Below, in pieces: positions 28,345-38,662 of a stretch of 64,000 nucleotides of DNA. The stretch comes from a virus: IMG/VR virus record IMGVR_UViG_3300045988_113306; one strand, given 5' to 3'. Below the pieces are notes generated by a model that saw only the letters and a program-made list of their open reading frames with translations, was not told the DNA's origin and did no database searches. How positions within the stretch are numbered: position 1 is the first letter of the stretch; every line of letters begins with the position of its first letter. Position numbers and translations under genes: made by a program.

Positions 28345-28375
28345 CAAAGATAATGATTTATTGCGGATTATCAAA
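28345..28375 (-). promoter_or_regulatory. promoter TTTG-N19-TATCTTTG
   Basis: Plus strand CAAAGATA 28345-28352 and CAAA 28372-28375. The -7 box ends 4 nt before ATG 28340. Confidence 0.6.
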
Positions 28376-28402
28376 AAATAAGCGTATATATTTGCCGTCA
28401 AT

Positions 28403-28852
28403 TCAACACTCTGCAAGTCGTTGCGCATTATCATCCCCGTATGCGATTAATACGCTCCCGCAGCCCGAAGTCCCGCCCTGACGCCCGCTTATGTCACAGA
28501 ATTTTATTCTGCCACGCATTACTAACATGGCAGTTGCACTCGGAAATATAATGTCATGCCATAATGCCGTGTCCATGCGGTTGAACACTAACGCTATCCC
28601 GTTTTTATGCACCGCCATCCGTTTCATGAATTGTCCGATTAGCGGATTCTTATACGGGGGATTCAACCATACTCTGCCATACCAAGGTTGCACCAATCCG
28701 TCAACATCTTTTGTGTAGCACGTGTCAGCAGTATAGAATTCCTCACATGGAGCACACGGGTCTAAGTCAAAATGGCCTAATTTAGCAATCAGCGTTTTAG
28801 GCGTGTACCATTCGTCAGTTCGGGAGATAGAACGTTCAAAGGATGTATTCAT
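28403..28852 (-). CDS. phage Dam-type DNA N6-adenine methyltransferase
   Basis: DEWYTP, FDLDPCA and NPPY motifs in a 149-aa protein. Confidence 0.85.
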   Translation of the reverse strand: MNTSFERSISRTDEWYTPKTLIAKLGHFDLDPCAPCEEFYTADTCYTKDVDGLVQPWYGRVWLNPPYKNPLIGQFMKRMAVHKNGIALVFNRMDTALWHDIIFPSATAMLVMRGRIKFCDISGRQGGTSGCGSVLIAYGDDNAQRLAEC

Positions 28853-28863
28853 ATCGGTAGTGG

Positions 28864-30951
28864 TTAAAAAGGCACGATTTCGTCGGGGTCGGCTGGCGAG
28901 AACGGGTCGGTGGATAATTCGTAATTAGGCAAATCTACGAATGATTGTTGCTCCGCGTTCTCCTGCCAATTATAGTTAATGACTTCGTAAGGGTCGGATT
29001 TCAAACGGTTGGATTCTATCTCAAACCACAGCTTTATAATCTTCCCCATAGCTGAACCTTTGTCACGCCACTTGGCAATCTCAATTATATTGGTACAACC
29101 ACTTGAAGATATGTCGTTTATTTTGTCCTTTGACAAAGCTCCCTGCGCTTGCATTTCAAAAGTGTCAGGATATATCCTATGAACAATAAGAACGTTTTGA
29201 GCATAGTTAGCGATATTGCCACTGCCCGAAATACTATCGCAGTCTAACCATTGACGCTGTTTGTTGGGGTGCGCGACCAAATGAATGTGGCAATTCAATT
29301 CCCTCGCAAGGTTTGTCAATTTGTTTAGCAACTTCTTTTGATTCGACCATTCATCCCTTTCTCCCAAGTCGTCAAGTTCAATAGTCATGAGGTTGTCAAG
29401 CGCAAGTATTTGAAATGGCCATTCCTTATATAGCTGCCGTATCTTATCTTCAAGGTTAAGAATGTCGCCTTGATATACATTGTTGTATATCCGTAAATAT
29501 TGGTCTATCCACGGTTCAATCTTTTCAACGATAGGTGCGGGAGTAAAATAGAAATCGTTAAATCGTGACTTCTGATTAAACTGCTTTCCACTTAACTGAA
29601 GCATCATCCATTGCTTGGTTTCTCCCTCTGACAGCTCACGACTTATCAAAGCGCAACGTGCGCCACGGTTAGCCGCACCTAACAAGACTTGATTAAGAAC
29701 CGTAGACTTTGCGCATCCACGCCTACCAGACCACACGGTAATTTGGCCCAACTTCTGCCCTATAACAATGTCATCCAACGTTTTTATCCCAAATGGGATA
29801 TAATCATCCACAGACAATTCAACTTTCTTTATTTCAGACATCCTTTTCCACGGCTCGCCTTTTTCCGCAGTTACAGGTTCGGGCTCAAATGGTGGTCGTA
29901 CACGGTAGTAATTCTGCCTATGCACATACTCAGCATAAGTCGCTTTATCGTATGCAGAAGGGTCAAAATGAAGTCTAAAATCACGAAAAGTCAGATGCTT
30001 GTGCGATTGGTGCAGGCACACGAACTGATAGCCGCCGTTGCGGAAAGCGAACACGCAGCTATCGGGAGCTTTATGAGATGATTCAAAGGGACATTCCGCC
30101 AGCACGTATTTAGTGTAGTCGTTCGTCACGGTCTTTTTGGCGACCTTGATGTCGTATTTCTCCAAAAAAGCCTCCAAATCGAAACTATCGGAGCCCCGGT
30201 AATGGTTCTGCTTCGACGGCGTTTCGGGGGTGGGGATTAAGGATGCTATTTTTTGGATGTACACGATGTCCGTCGGCTTGACTTCCTCAGGTGCCCGGAC
30301 AATGTACGCCATTCTGTGGGGACGTTCTTTTGTATTCGCCCCTTTTCTATTGACAGAATAGTAAAGACGGCACAACCTCGCAGGGTTCCCTACGACGCCA
30401 TCTATATGAACTCTTTCATCAGAGAATAGCATACCAAGAGCATCCAAAAAATCTTTTACGAGCTTACGGTTAACTTCGCTATTCTCCAGCTTGACACGGT
30501 ACATGACATGGATGCCAGAGCCGGAGCAGCACACCACAGGCTGCTCGAAGTTGGCGTCGCGCAAGTAGGCGTAGACCTCATTGGCTTTCTTTTTGGCGTA
30601 TGAAAGTTCTTCATCAGTGCTTGCTGTACCCGAAGTACGCTCAACATCAATATCGACCATTATCCAATCGTACCCGACAATATCCTTATCGGCTGTCGTT
30701 TCACGTGGTTTTACGACAAACTTGTTGCTTTGCTGACGGCTAAAACAAGCGTCGTTTATACGGTTAAGGACAAAGTATTGATTGCAATGCTCATACGGCT
30801 TCAACGCTTCAATGATTGCGTCAACATCCTTAAAGTAGCCAGAGTATGTCTTGCTTGTGGCGGGGTCTATAAGCCTTATCTCCACAAGATGCTGATTGTC
30901 CTTGAAAATGTCATACCACCTTCTTAGACCTGATATTTGGTCGGAGGTCAT
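28864..30951 (-). CDS. bifunctional primase-polymerase / helicase
   Basis: N-terminal DIDVE and SGSGIHVMY (prim-pol-like). C-terminal Walker A GRRGCAKST and Walker B ILALDNL. Confidence 0.85.
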   Translation of the reverse strand: MTSDQISGLRRWYDIFKDNQHLVEIRLIDPATSKTYSGYFKDVDAIIEALKPYEHCNQYFVLNRINDACFSRQQSNKFVVKPRETTADKDIVGYDWIMVDIDVERTSGTASTDEELSYAKKKANEVYAYLRDANFEQPVVCCSGSGIHVMYRVKLENSEVNRKLVKDFLDALGMLFSDERVHIDGVVGNPARLCRLYYSVNRKGANTKERPHRMAYIVRAPEEVKPTDIVYIQKIASLIPTPETPSKQNHYRGSDSFDLEAFLEKYDIKVAKKTVTNDYTKYVLAECPFESSHKAPDSCVFAFRNGGYQFVCLHQSHKHLTFRDFRLHFDPSAYDKATYAEYVHRQNYYRVRPPFEPEPVTAEKGEPWKRMSEIKKVELSVDDYIPFGIKTLDDIVIGQKLGQITVWSGRRGCAKSTVLNQVLLGAANRGARCALISRELSEGETKQWMMLQLSGKQFNQKSRFNDFYFTPAPIVEKIEPWIDQYLRIYNNVYQGDILNLEDKIRQLYKEWPFQILALDNLMTIELDDLGERDEWSNQKKLLNKLTNLARELNCHIHLVAHPNKQRQWLDCDSISGSGNIANYAQNVLIVHRIYPDTFEMQAQGALSKDKINDISSSGCTNIIEIAKWRDKGSAMGKIIKLWFEIESNRLKSDPYEVINYNWQENAEQQSFVDLPNYELSTDPFSPADPDEIVPF

Positions 30952-31136
30952 GGCTTAACCTCCTTATATCTGATAATGATAGTTTCGGTCATTATATAGC
31001 ACTGTGTTATATCGCACTGTGTTATGAAAAAGAGATTGGGAACGATGCACAGTGCCGACATCTACGAAACGGGAGCGACCCATCCGCTCCCAAATCTCTA
31101 CGCAAAACTAAACAATCTTTTTCACTTATGCAATAC

Positions 31137-31832
31137 CTACTGCCAATAATCCTCGTTACCATCGTCTTTTTTCACCAACACATCCTCTCCGCTCATAATC
31201 TTATCATAAAGATACTTCTCGTTATCCCGGTTATGGTATGCGCCCTCGTAAACCTTTGTCGCGTTGGCCGCCGACTTTATCAGCCAATCGAATGTGCATC
31301 GCCAATCGGTGTTTGCGTTCCCGCAAAGAAAACTGCTTGACCCTACCAATTTGAAAATCTTATATAGGTCGCCTATGGTCAGCTCACCTTGATTCATGCA
31401 AGACTTGAGCTTACGTTTGCGCTGTGGAGTCCATCGCGTAATTGGCGGCAATGTGGGACAACTCTCGGCCCATTTCTTAGATACATCGTCGTAGTCAATG
31501 GAACTTAAAGTTTCAGGTTTCTCGCCCTCGATTACTTTCGGTTGGTTGGTCGGCCGATACTCGGACTTGTACACAAGCGGGAGTATAAGTTTCTGTCCCT
31601 CGTCTATGTTGACTTGGACGGCACCTTTGTCAAACAATGACCTTAGCGTAGCATCGCACTCTTTCTTTGTTATCTCCAATGCGGTAGCCAATGCGCCAGA
31701 GCGGACGTTCACGCCCAATTCAGAGCGTGGGTAGCTGTCAATCTCTATAAGCACTACTTTTTCCAACCATGTCAGGTCTTGGTTTTCCCACAAGGACATG
31801 GGGATTGCAATGTATCGGTTTTCTCGTTTCAT
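31137..31832 (-). CDS. hypothetical DNA-binding / replication-associated protein
   Basis: 231-aa ORF next to the primase-helicase; N-terminal region looks winged-helix-like (weak). Confidence 0.5.
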   Translation of the reverse strand: MKRENRYIAIPMSLWENQDLTWLEKVVLIEIDSYPRSELGVNVRSGALATALEITKKECDATLRSLFDKGAVQVNIDEGQKLILPLVYKSEYRPTNQPKVIEGEKPETLSSIDYDDVSKKWAESCPTLPPITRWTPQRKRKLKSCMNQGELTIGDLYKIFKLVGSSSFLCGNANTDWRCTFDWLIKSAANATKVYEGAYHNRDNEKYLYDKIMSGEDVLVKKDDGNEDYWQ

Positions 31833-32086
31833 AGTTCGTCCTCCATTTTCTTTAACTCAGCCTCAAGAGCGTCAATAATGATTTGTAACATGAACGGCTG
31901 CATGGTAAACGTTGTTCGTGTTCGTTTCCCATTACGTGCGTACAATGACAATTGATATGGATATTTCACACATTCGTATGGAGCCCCGTTGTCATCGTAA
32001 ACTTCTTTTAACGACTTGTGGGCTTCTACCAAATCGTCATACTTGCGCAACTTGTCGCGACTTTTCAATAAATTTTTCAGTTTCAT
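31829..32086 (-). CDS. hypothetical protein
   Basis: 85-aa ORF with overlapping ends. Confidence 0.5.
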   Translation of the reverse strand: MKLKNLLKSRDKLRKYDDLVEAHKSLKEVYDDNGAPYECVKYPYQLSLYARNGKRTRTTFTMQPFMLQIIIDALEAELKKMEDEL

Positions 32087-32598
32087 ATCTTTTCTTTTAA
32101 TCGTTTTATCGTTTCATTTTTATCCCACAGCATGGCAAACATGAATCCTATTACACTCGGATATACGCTGAAGCTAAAATTGATGTGCTTGAAGATGTTG
32201 TTTATGACGCAGCATGCAACCATGGTCAGCGTCAGCCACCCAATCATCTTCAGAAAACTCCCGTACCGCTCCCAAAACGTTGACTTTAACTTGACGGGAG
32301 GGAACAATATTTTGTAGTAGTCGCTTTTTTCGTTCCATATCGAGTACTCCACTACTCCGAGCTCAGGCGTTGACGTCGTGTAGTCGCCGGGTGTCACATA
32401 TCCGTCCTCGTCTAACGTTTGTTTGACGAAATGTTTATATATGTATGTATCACGAGAGCGCGGTGTGATATACAAAGGTTTATTATAAGTAAGATGGGTC
32501 TGAACGAGGTCAACCCACAAATAATCCGTTAAACACATTTTTTCTTCGTCCTCGTGTGAGTGCGTATTGTTTATGCAAACTATTTTTAATTGTTTCAT
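32083..32598 (-). CDS. hypothetical protein with C-terminal TM segments
   Basis: 171-aa ORF with a hydrophobic C-terminal third. Confidence 0.5.
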   Translation of the reverse strand: MKQLKIVCINNTHSHEDEEKMCLTDYLWVDLVQTHLTYNKPLYITPRSRDTYIYKHFVKQTLDEDGYVTPGDYTTSTPELGVVEYSIWNEKSDYYKILFPPVKLKSTFWERYGSFLKMIGWLTLTMVACCVINNIFKHINFSFSVYPSVIGFMFAMLWDKNETIKRLKEKI

Positions 32599-32620
32599 GT
32601 TGTTTTATTAACGTTAATAA

Positions 32621-33040
32621 CTACTCCTCATCAAGTTTCTGTATCTCGTCATAGAGGGCGTTAACGATGATTTCCTTGATGTAGTCGGGAAGCTCATTTA
32701 CACTATATAAATAAGAACCATTGCCTCCGGCCTTGACAATTACATTTTTGTCAAAGTAATCTTTCCACTCCTGTAGCTCGTCATATTTTGCCAACTTCTC
32801 ACGGTTGGCGAGTAAATCTTTAATTTTCATATTCATTTTTTTTGGGGTTTTATAGTCATCCGGCCAATAATCCTCGTCAATCACCTCCACAATGGAGTTC
32901 TCAAACACTTGGAATCCCACGGGCTTGCGTTGGGGCTCTTTGGTGAAGTCGTGACGATGATAGACGGTTATTCTGCAGAACTTGACCGTTTTCTCCCAAT
33001 GCTCGCCGTTGTCGGTTATGGAAATTTGAATTATCGGCAT
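32621..33040 (-). CDS. hypothetical protein
   Basis: 139-aa ORF. Confidence 0.5.
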   Translation of the reverse strand: MPIIQISITDNGEHWEKTVKFCRITVYHRHDFTKEPQRKPVGFQVFENSIVEVIDEDYWPDDYKTPKKMNMKIKDLLANREKLAKYDELQEWKDYFDKNVIVKAGGNGSYLYSVNELPDYIKEIIVNALYDEIQKLDEE

Positions 33041-33243
33041 GGCTTTCCTATGTCATTGCGGTTTATTATATACTCTACCCAACCAATCGGGACTGTTATG
33101 TAGTTTTGCGACTTATATGTCACGACCTTTAACCACCACCCGAAAAACCAAAACTTGTGTAATACCCAAGCATCAGCATAATATCCATCTAACTTGTGAT
33201 GAATGGATATTCTATCGCCCGGTCTTATTGTCAGCTTTCCCAT
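33031..33243 (-). CDS. hypothetical protein
   Basis: 70-aa ORF with overlapping ends. Confidence 0.45.
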   Translation of the reverse strand: MGKLTIRPGDRISIHHKLDGYYADAWVLHKFWFFGWWLKVVTYKSQNYITVPIGWVEYIINRNDIGKPCR

Positions 33244-33244
33244 A

Positions 33245-33868
33245 TCACTTCTTTTTCAGCCCCTCCACAACCGCTTTAGCAACCTTGACGGCATACTCGG
33301 CTATTCTTTCCGGGTCAACTCCATAACTCTTTTCCAAACTCTTGACTGCTATCTCTTTTGCGAGGTCGGCGGTGTATTGCTCCCATTTATCGCAATTTCC
33401 GATATTTTGCGACAAATTGCGCAAATGTTTTTCTTCGCTTAAAATCTGCAAGGTTTCTGCGGATTCGGGAGCAGCAAGGCTGTTTTTGTCCTCGGTCGAC
33501 TCGGTATAGGGTTGTAACTCATCTTCTGATACATCATAGCAAACATCGCCAATCATATAGGTGTACTTACCCCACACCTTCTGATAATATCCGTCTTGTG
33601 TAATAACGTGTACTCCACCCTGAAACCAAACCTTGTCTCCTTTGTGATACTTTGGCTTCGGCTCTTTCGCCCCGTCCTCGACCTTGATTAGGTATTTGGT
33701 GGGGATAGAAAGGAAGTGGTTGCCATAGGCCCGTATTATGGCACGACTGTCAGTTACATTGACCACGGTGTTCTCAACCTCTGTAAATATATGGTCTGAG
33801 CCGCTTACATAATCTTTCGGTATATTCTCTCTGACGCGCACCTTGTCGCCTACTTTGATTTGTTCCAT
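33245..33868 (-). CDS. hypothetical protein
   Basis: 207-aa ORF. Confidence 0.5.
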   Translation of the reverse strand: MEQIKVGDKVRVRENIPKDYVSGSDHIFTEVENTVVNVTDSRAIIRAYGNHFLSIPTKYLIKVEDGAKEPKPKYHKGDKVWFQGGVHVITQDGYYQKVWGKYTYMIGDVCYDVSEDELQPYTESTEDKNSLAAPESAETLQILSEEKHLRNLSQNIGNCDKWEQYTADLAKEIAVKSLEKSYGVDPERIAEYAVKVAKAVVEGLKKK

Positions 33869-33880
33869 GTTATTTTTTAA

Positions 33881-34039
33881 TTAGTTAATTCTCACCTTAT
33901 CTCCGCAAATAGGACAGATGATAAAACGATGAACACTCAAAAATCCAAGCTCTATCTCCACGTCGTATTTGCTGAATCGCAGGAGCGCCAAACAGCATTG
34001 ACAGCGCACTTCCTTTGGGGATTCAACAACCTCTATCAT
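33881..34039 (-). CDS. small zinc-ribbon protein
   Basis: CQCC..(N28)..CPIC. Start trimmed to MIEVV, giving an ATGA overlap. Confidence 0.4.
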   Translation of the reverse strand: MIEVVESPKEVRCQCCLALLRFSKYDVEIELGFLSVHRFIICPICGDKVRIN

Positions 34040-34239
34040 ATCTTCTCGTATTTCAGCCCGAAAGCCCACCTAAGCATGATGCGCTTGAATTGGGATATGG
34101 GTTTGTAAACGGGTATTCTGCTCATTGTCGGCTCATGGATAAGCTGACCTATCTGGTCGGGGAGCTTGCAGTTGTAGACAGCCGCTTTCCAACCGACTAT
34201 ATCTCGTTCTTTTTCTTTGATTTTATTTTGTCCTATCAT
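34036..34239 (-). CDS. hypothetical protein
   Basis: 67-aa ORF that fills the gap after the HNH gene. Confidence 0.4.
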   Translation of the reverse strand: MIGQNKIKEKERDIVGWKAAVYNCKLPDQIGQLIHEPTMSRIPVYKPISQFKRIMLRWAFGLKYEKI

Positions 34240-34243
34240 ATTG

Positions 34244-34588
34244 TCATTGTTTTTCGTTGTTCATTCTCTCAAAGTGAAATACTATCGGCTTGCTGACACG
34301 CTCAATAAGACCATACGCGAGCGACATACGCCCTTGAAAAGTCTTGCAGAGCGAATCGCATTGGTCTTGGATTTCGCGTCTGAAATGCTCTACGGAGAGC
34401 GTTCCTTTGCGGAAGTTGCAGGCTCGGCAAGCGGGCATGAGGTTGTCAATGTCATCAGACCCGCCTTTATGCTTCGGATGCACATGGTCTACCTGCATAT
34501 CCTTGCAGTCTATCTCTTTGCCGCAGTAGGCGCAATGGCCGCCGCATTTGTCATAGACAATCTGTCGTATTTTCTTCGGTATGCTCAT
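34244..34588 (-). CDS. HNH endonuclease
   Basis: CGGHCAYCG..VDHVHPKHKGGSDDIDNLMPACRACNFRKG. Confidence 0.85.
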   Translation of the reverse strand: MSIPKKIRQIVYDKCGGHCAYCGKEIDCKDMQVDHVHPKHKGGSDDIDNLMPACRACNFRKGTLSVEHFRREIQDQCDSLCKTFQGRMSLAYGLIERVSKPIVFHFERMNNEKQ

Positions 34589-34986
34589 TCTTTTTCGTTG
34601 TCAAGGAGTTGGAGGGCGTCGGAAATGCCATCCGATAACGCTTGTTCATAGATTAGATAACCTCTATATCCCTCAGCTATACAGCAGCCGACAATAGGTA
34701 ATACCTTGTAATACCAATCGCCGTCAAGGTCAAAATCCACAAGTATATGCAGCTTCTTTTTCTCCCTCAGCCACTTCTGGGCTTGCCATAAGGTCGGAGC
34801 GGATGCAGTGCTATATTTGCTATTTTGATGTCGTATACAAGAATATACATCCGTAAGCTTAAACTTATCCCCTATAATGCTTTTTCGGGCATAGTAGCGG
34901 TCGCACGGCTCATCGAAGCCGCACGCTTTGAGAGCCTTTGAAAGCTCGTAGGAGCAATAATCAGTTGTTTCCATTAAGTTCCGCAA
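34585..34986 (-). CDS. hypothetical protein
   Basis: 133-aa ORF. Confidence 0.5.
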   Translation of the reverse strand: MRNLMETTDYCSYELSKALKACGFDEPCDRYYARKSIIGDKFKLTDVYSCIRHQNSKYSTASAPTLWQAQKWLREKKKLHILVDFDLDGDWYYKVLPIVGCCIAEGYRGYLIYEQALSDGISDALQLLDNEKE

Positions 34987-35434
34987 TCTTATCTGTCGCT
35001 TCTTTCAAATTTTCCATATTAAACGCCATAAGCAAGGCATCAGCAGCCTTTATCGCGTCTTCCGCTATTTGAGGATAATATTTCTTGCGACTTACTACAT
35101 CATCAAATACGTTAGGGTTACTTAGTAATCCTTGCATCGCCATAGCCGCTATCTTCCTCCGCTCGGCCTCGGTGTTAATTTCCAATATTTTATCAAACTG
35201 TTTATCGCAATTTGCGGTTTCTTGCGATAAGTTGCGATGTTCGTTATTTTTAACTCCCCATTCCTTTATGGGACTTAAATCCCAATAGAGGTTAAGGGGT
35301 TCTTTTTCGTGTTCAGCACCCTTGCTGTCGATGTAGGAAACAAAGTCCAATACATCACTACGGGTTGTTGAACCTCCGTAGGAGATAACCTCAACGATTT
35401 CTCCCGTCTTTCTGATTCTGTATTTATTATTCAT
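34961..35434 (-). CDS. hypothetical protein
   Basis: 157-aa ORF. Confidence 0.5.
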   Translation of the reverse strand: MNNKYRIRKTGEIVEVISYGGSTTRSDVLDFVSYIDSKGAEHEKEPLNLYWDLSPIKEWGVKNNEHRNLSQETANCDKQFDKILEINTEAERRKIAAMAMQGLLSNPNVFDDVVSRKKYYPQIAEDAIKAADALLMAFNMENLKEATDKIAELNGNN

Positions 35435-35467
35435 CTTTATTTTACGCGCATAACGCGCTGTGTTATT

Positions 35468-35650
35468 TTACTTTATCGCCCAAAGTTTAAATAAGCAGGT
35501 TTTATCATGCTTATTTCGACTTCTCGGTTTAGTACCATTCAACATAGTGTCCTTGAGATTCAAGGTATTTGCCAAGTCGTTCGGCACTGCTCCATTTGCT
35601 ATATTTCTCAATAGTTCTCCATCCATACCATACTTTCTTTTGTACGGCAT
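35468..35650 (-). CDS. hypothetical small basic protein
   Basis: 60-aa ORF, the only one filling a 254-nt gap. Confidence 0.3.
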   Translation of the reverse strand: MPYKRKYGMDGELLRNIANGAVPNDLANTLNLKDTMLNGTKPRSRNKHDKTCLFKLWAIK

Positions 35651-35688
35651 AGCAAGAATCTCCTAAAAGATTCTCCATTTCTCCTACT

Positions 35689-36033
35689 CTATATCTTTCC
35701 ATCTTTCTCGGTTTTAGGGTTAACTATTTCCAATATCTGCTCCAACTGAGTGTCTGTCAGGTTGTCGAAGTTGATTTTGCGGCATCCAGCAAGCATCATA
35801 TTCCTTGCTATCTCCTTGCTGACATTCTCAATATCTTCTTCGGTCGCGGGGCGGGCTGATGTTATATTCCATGCGTCAATCGGATACTTATAACCGGTGC
35901 TTTTACGATATTTTGAGCCGCCTGCGATTATATTCGCTTTCAGCACCTTCTCTACGGTGACTATCCTCTTGGCCCACATACTCGTAACAAGCAGTTTATC
36001 GCCTACTTTGACGTTATCCAATATCCCGTTCAT
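35689..36033 (-). CDS. hypothetical protein
   Basis: 114-aa ORF. Confidence 0.5.
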   Translation of the reverse strand: MNGILDNVKVGDKLLVTSMWAKRIVTVEKVLKANIIAGGSKYRKSTGYKYPIDAWNITSARPATEEDIENVSKEIARNMMLAGCRKINFDNLTDTQLEQILEIVNPKTEKDGKI

Positions 36034-36512
36034 TTCTCACCTCCTTTCTCAATCCCGTTCAGCTTGTAGCCGTAATTTATGAGCCATATAATCATCTGTA
36101 CAGCGCACTCGATAAGGTCGGGCGCATACATAGGCACATCGTCTACCCTGCTTTTCTCGTTGTGCTTCTTTGGCTTGTAGTACAAGCACCACTGATTGCC
36201 GATTACGGATTCATCGGAGTCCTCGTAATAGATGCTTATACGGTATGGATAACCGTCAATCTTTATCTCTTTCGGCATGAGTCCAAGCAAACAGCCGAGG
36301 CTCCATGCAGGAGTAATATGTATGCGGCTATCGCCAAATCCATATCCTATGAGGGTATTATATTGCTCTTTGTGAGTGTTGCAAATAGGTTTGTCGGTGT
36401 TGTTTACACAATCATCAATATGTTGGTAACACATATCCGCACTCTCAGCCGGAACGCCACATTTAAGCAGTCGTGTCGATTGTTCTCGGGTAGTTGCTGT
36501 GTTCGTTTTCAT
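36030..36512 (-). CDS. hypothetical protein
   Basis: Start trimmed to MKTNTATT, giving an ATGA overlap with the lipoprotein stop. Confidence 0.5.
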   Translation of the reverse strand: MKTNTATTREQSTRLLKCGVPAESADMCYQHIDDCVNNTDKPICNTHKEQYNTLIGYGFGDSRIHITPAWSLGCLLGLMPKEIKIDGYPYRISIYYEDSDESVIGNQWCLYYKPKKHNEKSRVDDVPMYAPDLIECAVQMIIWLINYGYKLNGIEKGGEK

Positions 36513-36742
36513 CGCTCTAAATCTGTTTTGTGGCACGGGCAGTCCGGGTCGTGGGTGATGCCGCCAATCGCCCATTTCCCATTTCCGCTATCATATTTCA
36601 GATAGCGATGCCCTTTATAATTAAACTCAGTTATATCTGATGCCATACCATCATCAATCTGTTCTTGTGTCTTTTGTTCCTCGCACCCCGTCAGCGCAAC
36701 GGCGCACAGGGCGAGAAAAGCTAATGTAAGTTTCGTTTTCAT
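36509..36742 (-). CDS. small lipoprotein
   Basis: MKTKLTLAFLALCAVALTGCEEQ: signal peptide plus lipobox LTGC. Confidence 0.65.
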   Translation of the reverse strand: MKTKLTLAFLALCAVALTGCEEQKTQEQIDDGMASDITEFNYKGHRYLKYDSGNGKWAIGGITHDPDCPCHKTDLER

Positions 36743-37527
36743 AAGTCAAATTTCATTTGCGCCGTGGACGCTTTTACACGTTCAACGGCAATGTTATAGT
36801 ATTCTTCCGTAAGTTCAATCCCCACACCTTTTCGATTGGCATTTGCACAAGCCACCATCGTAGAGCCGCTTCCCATCGTAGCATCGAGCACACAGTCACC
36901 CTCGTTGGTGTAGGTCTTGATTAGATATTCGAGCAACGACACGGGGTTTTGGGTTTGATGTAAGTATTTGCCATGTTCCTTGGCGAAGCTCAGGATTGAG
37001 TTTGGGTATTTCTCGTTGGTTATAACTGGTTCTGTCTGCTTGAAACTGCCATAACAACCGTTTTTTCCAAAGACCGTTCCGTTACCAACTTTGCCTCTGC
37101 TATGGACTTTATTCCCAATTGACATTTGAGGATTGTATATCGGTTGAGTCCGATAGAACACAATAATGTCCTCATGTATTCTCAAGGGCTTGCGGTTCGC
37201 ATCCAAGAATCCCGTCGGCCGGTTTATTTTGTCCCACACCAAAGAGTAGCGGTACAAGTCAGGTCTGCTCATCATAAGCTTGGCAGAGAACAAACCCTGA
37301 CCGAAAAGCACGATGGCGGCATTTTGTTTACTCACACGGAGCAGTTCGGGCCATAATGCGTCAAGGGCTATCTCGTTGTCCCATTGCGCGTGCTTGTTGC
37401 CTTTGTTCAGACAACCATACGGCAAATCCGTAAGTATCATATCCACGCTTCCGTCTGCAAGCGTTGGCAGCACTTTGAGGCAGTCGCCGTGGATAAGTCT
37501 AATATCTGATAGGGCACAATCTGTCAT
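36739..37527 (-). CDS. beta-class DNA methyltransferase (N6A or N4C)
   Basis: Motif IV-like TDLPYG near the N-terminus and motif I-like DATMGSGST near the C-terminus. Confidence 0.85.
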   Translation of the reverse strand: MTDCALSDIRLIHGDCLKVLPTLADGSVDMILTDLPYGCLNKGNKHAQWDNEIALDALWPELLRVSKQNAAIVLFGQGLFSAKLMMSRPDLYRYSLVWDKINRPTGFLDANRKPLRIHEDIIVFYRTQPIYNPQMSIGNKVHSRGKVGNGTVFGKNGCYGSFKQTEPVITNEKYPNSILSFAKEHGKYLHQTQNPVSLLEYLIKTYTNEGDCVLDATMGSGSTMVACANANRKGVGIELTEEYYNIAVERVKASTAQMKFDL

Positions 37528-37667
37528 TTGTCAATTATGGTATTAAGTTCGTCCTGAGCTTTCTTAAACTCCTCGTCCGATAGCTGGCGGTCGCCATCCG
37601 GGAAGTATTTATCCCAAACGGCCTTAACTTCCGCCACCTTATCTTTCTTTGCTCCTATAAGGCGCAT
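37524..37667 (-). CDS. hypothetical small protein
   Basis: 47-aa ORF below the track cutoff. Starts 4 nt after the PAPS-reductase stop; its TGA overlaps the methylase ATG. Confidence 0.4.
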   Translation of the reverse strand: MRLIGAKKDKVAEVKAVWDKYFPDGDRQLSDEEFKKAQDELNTIIDK

Positions 37668-37671
37668 CAGC

Positions 37672-38658
37672 TTACGTCGTTGTTGTCTGTTCATTGAAAT
37701 CGAATAAGTTTTTTGGCTTCTCGTCGGGTAAATATCTGCCTACAGTAGCAAACATCTTGCGTAATGCCTCCCGATAAGTGACGCCGTTGTTAGTATAATT
37801 CATTACCATATTATAGTACTTCGGCTCAAGCTGATAAAGCAAATTAAAACGGTCATCGTCTTTGAACACACTTCCGTATGAACAAGCGACACAACCAGTC
37901 CTTTTCGCCCCTTTGTAGTATATGTCTGGAATTTCAACATTGAATCTTTTAATATAATTCCAAATGTCTTGTTCTGTCCATATTGAGAGTGGCATAGATA
38001 CATTCTCCCTCCTCCCCCCATTTTCAGCGAACACATTGCATCCGCCATTACGGATATATTGTGTTTCACGTAATAAGCTTTCACTTGCCATAGTGCCTAA
38101 TATCATGCTTCGTCCCGTTTCCTTGCAAAATTTGGCTACAGGGCGTTTCTTCATGTAGTCACAGCAACAGTTGTCAATGTTGTAAGGCTCATCTATCAAA
38201 TACATCCAACGTTTGTTTAGCTTGAACATTGATTTGGGATTTTCAATACCCAACGCCTTTCTTGCCTTTACAGAGTTAGGGTTGACTTTCACGGCGTGGA
38301 CATTTTCACTGACTTCTTTTGAAACCATAGGGAACGCCAATGAGTAAATTTGGCGTGCATTCATTTTTGGGCGCAACAAAACAACGTTGCCGCCATCTCG
38401 CTTGTATTTGTTCACAAATTGGATGATTGAGGGCCATTCCATAGTTGTATTGCAAAAAACAGCGAGAATATCAGGGAACAATCGCTTGCAGAGATGGAGA
38501 AGGACAGTTGAATCCTTACCGCCACTCCAAGAAACAGCGACCTTATCAACGCCACCGAGTTTGCTTACAAATGATTCTATGGTAGCGATTGAGTGGTCTA
38601 TCTTTTGTTCCAACGACCATCCTTGGCGTTCTCTAAGTTCCTCTCTTGTCATCATCAT
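37672..38658 (-). CDS. PAPS reductase / PP-loop ATP pyrophosphatase family protein
   Basis: VAVSWSGGKDSTVLLHL PP-loop and a C-terminal Cys cluster (GCVACSYG). Confidence 0.85.
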   Translation of the reverse strand: MMMTREELRERQGWSLEQKIDHSIATIESFVSKLGGVDKVAVSWSGGKDSTVLLHLCKRLFPDILAVFCNTTMEWPSIIQFVNKYKRDGGNVVLLRPKMNARQIYSLAFPMVSKEVSENVHAVKVNPNSVKARKALGIENPKSMFKLNKRWMYLIDEPYNIDNCCCDYMKKRPVAKFCKETGRSMILGTMASESLLRETQYIRNGGCNVFAENGGRRENVSMPLSIWTEQDIWNYIKRFNVEIPDIYYKGAKRTGCVACSYGSVFKDDDRFNLLYQLEPKYYNMVMNYTNNGVTYREALRKMFATVGRYLPDEKPKNLFDFNEQTTTT

Positions 38659-38662
38659 ACGT

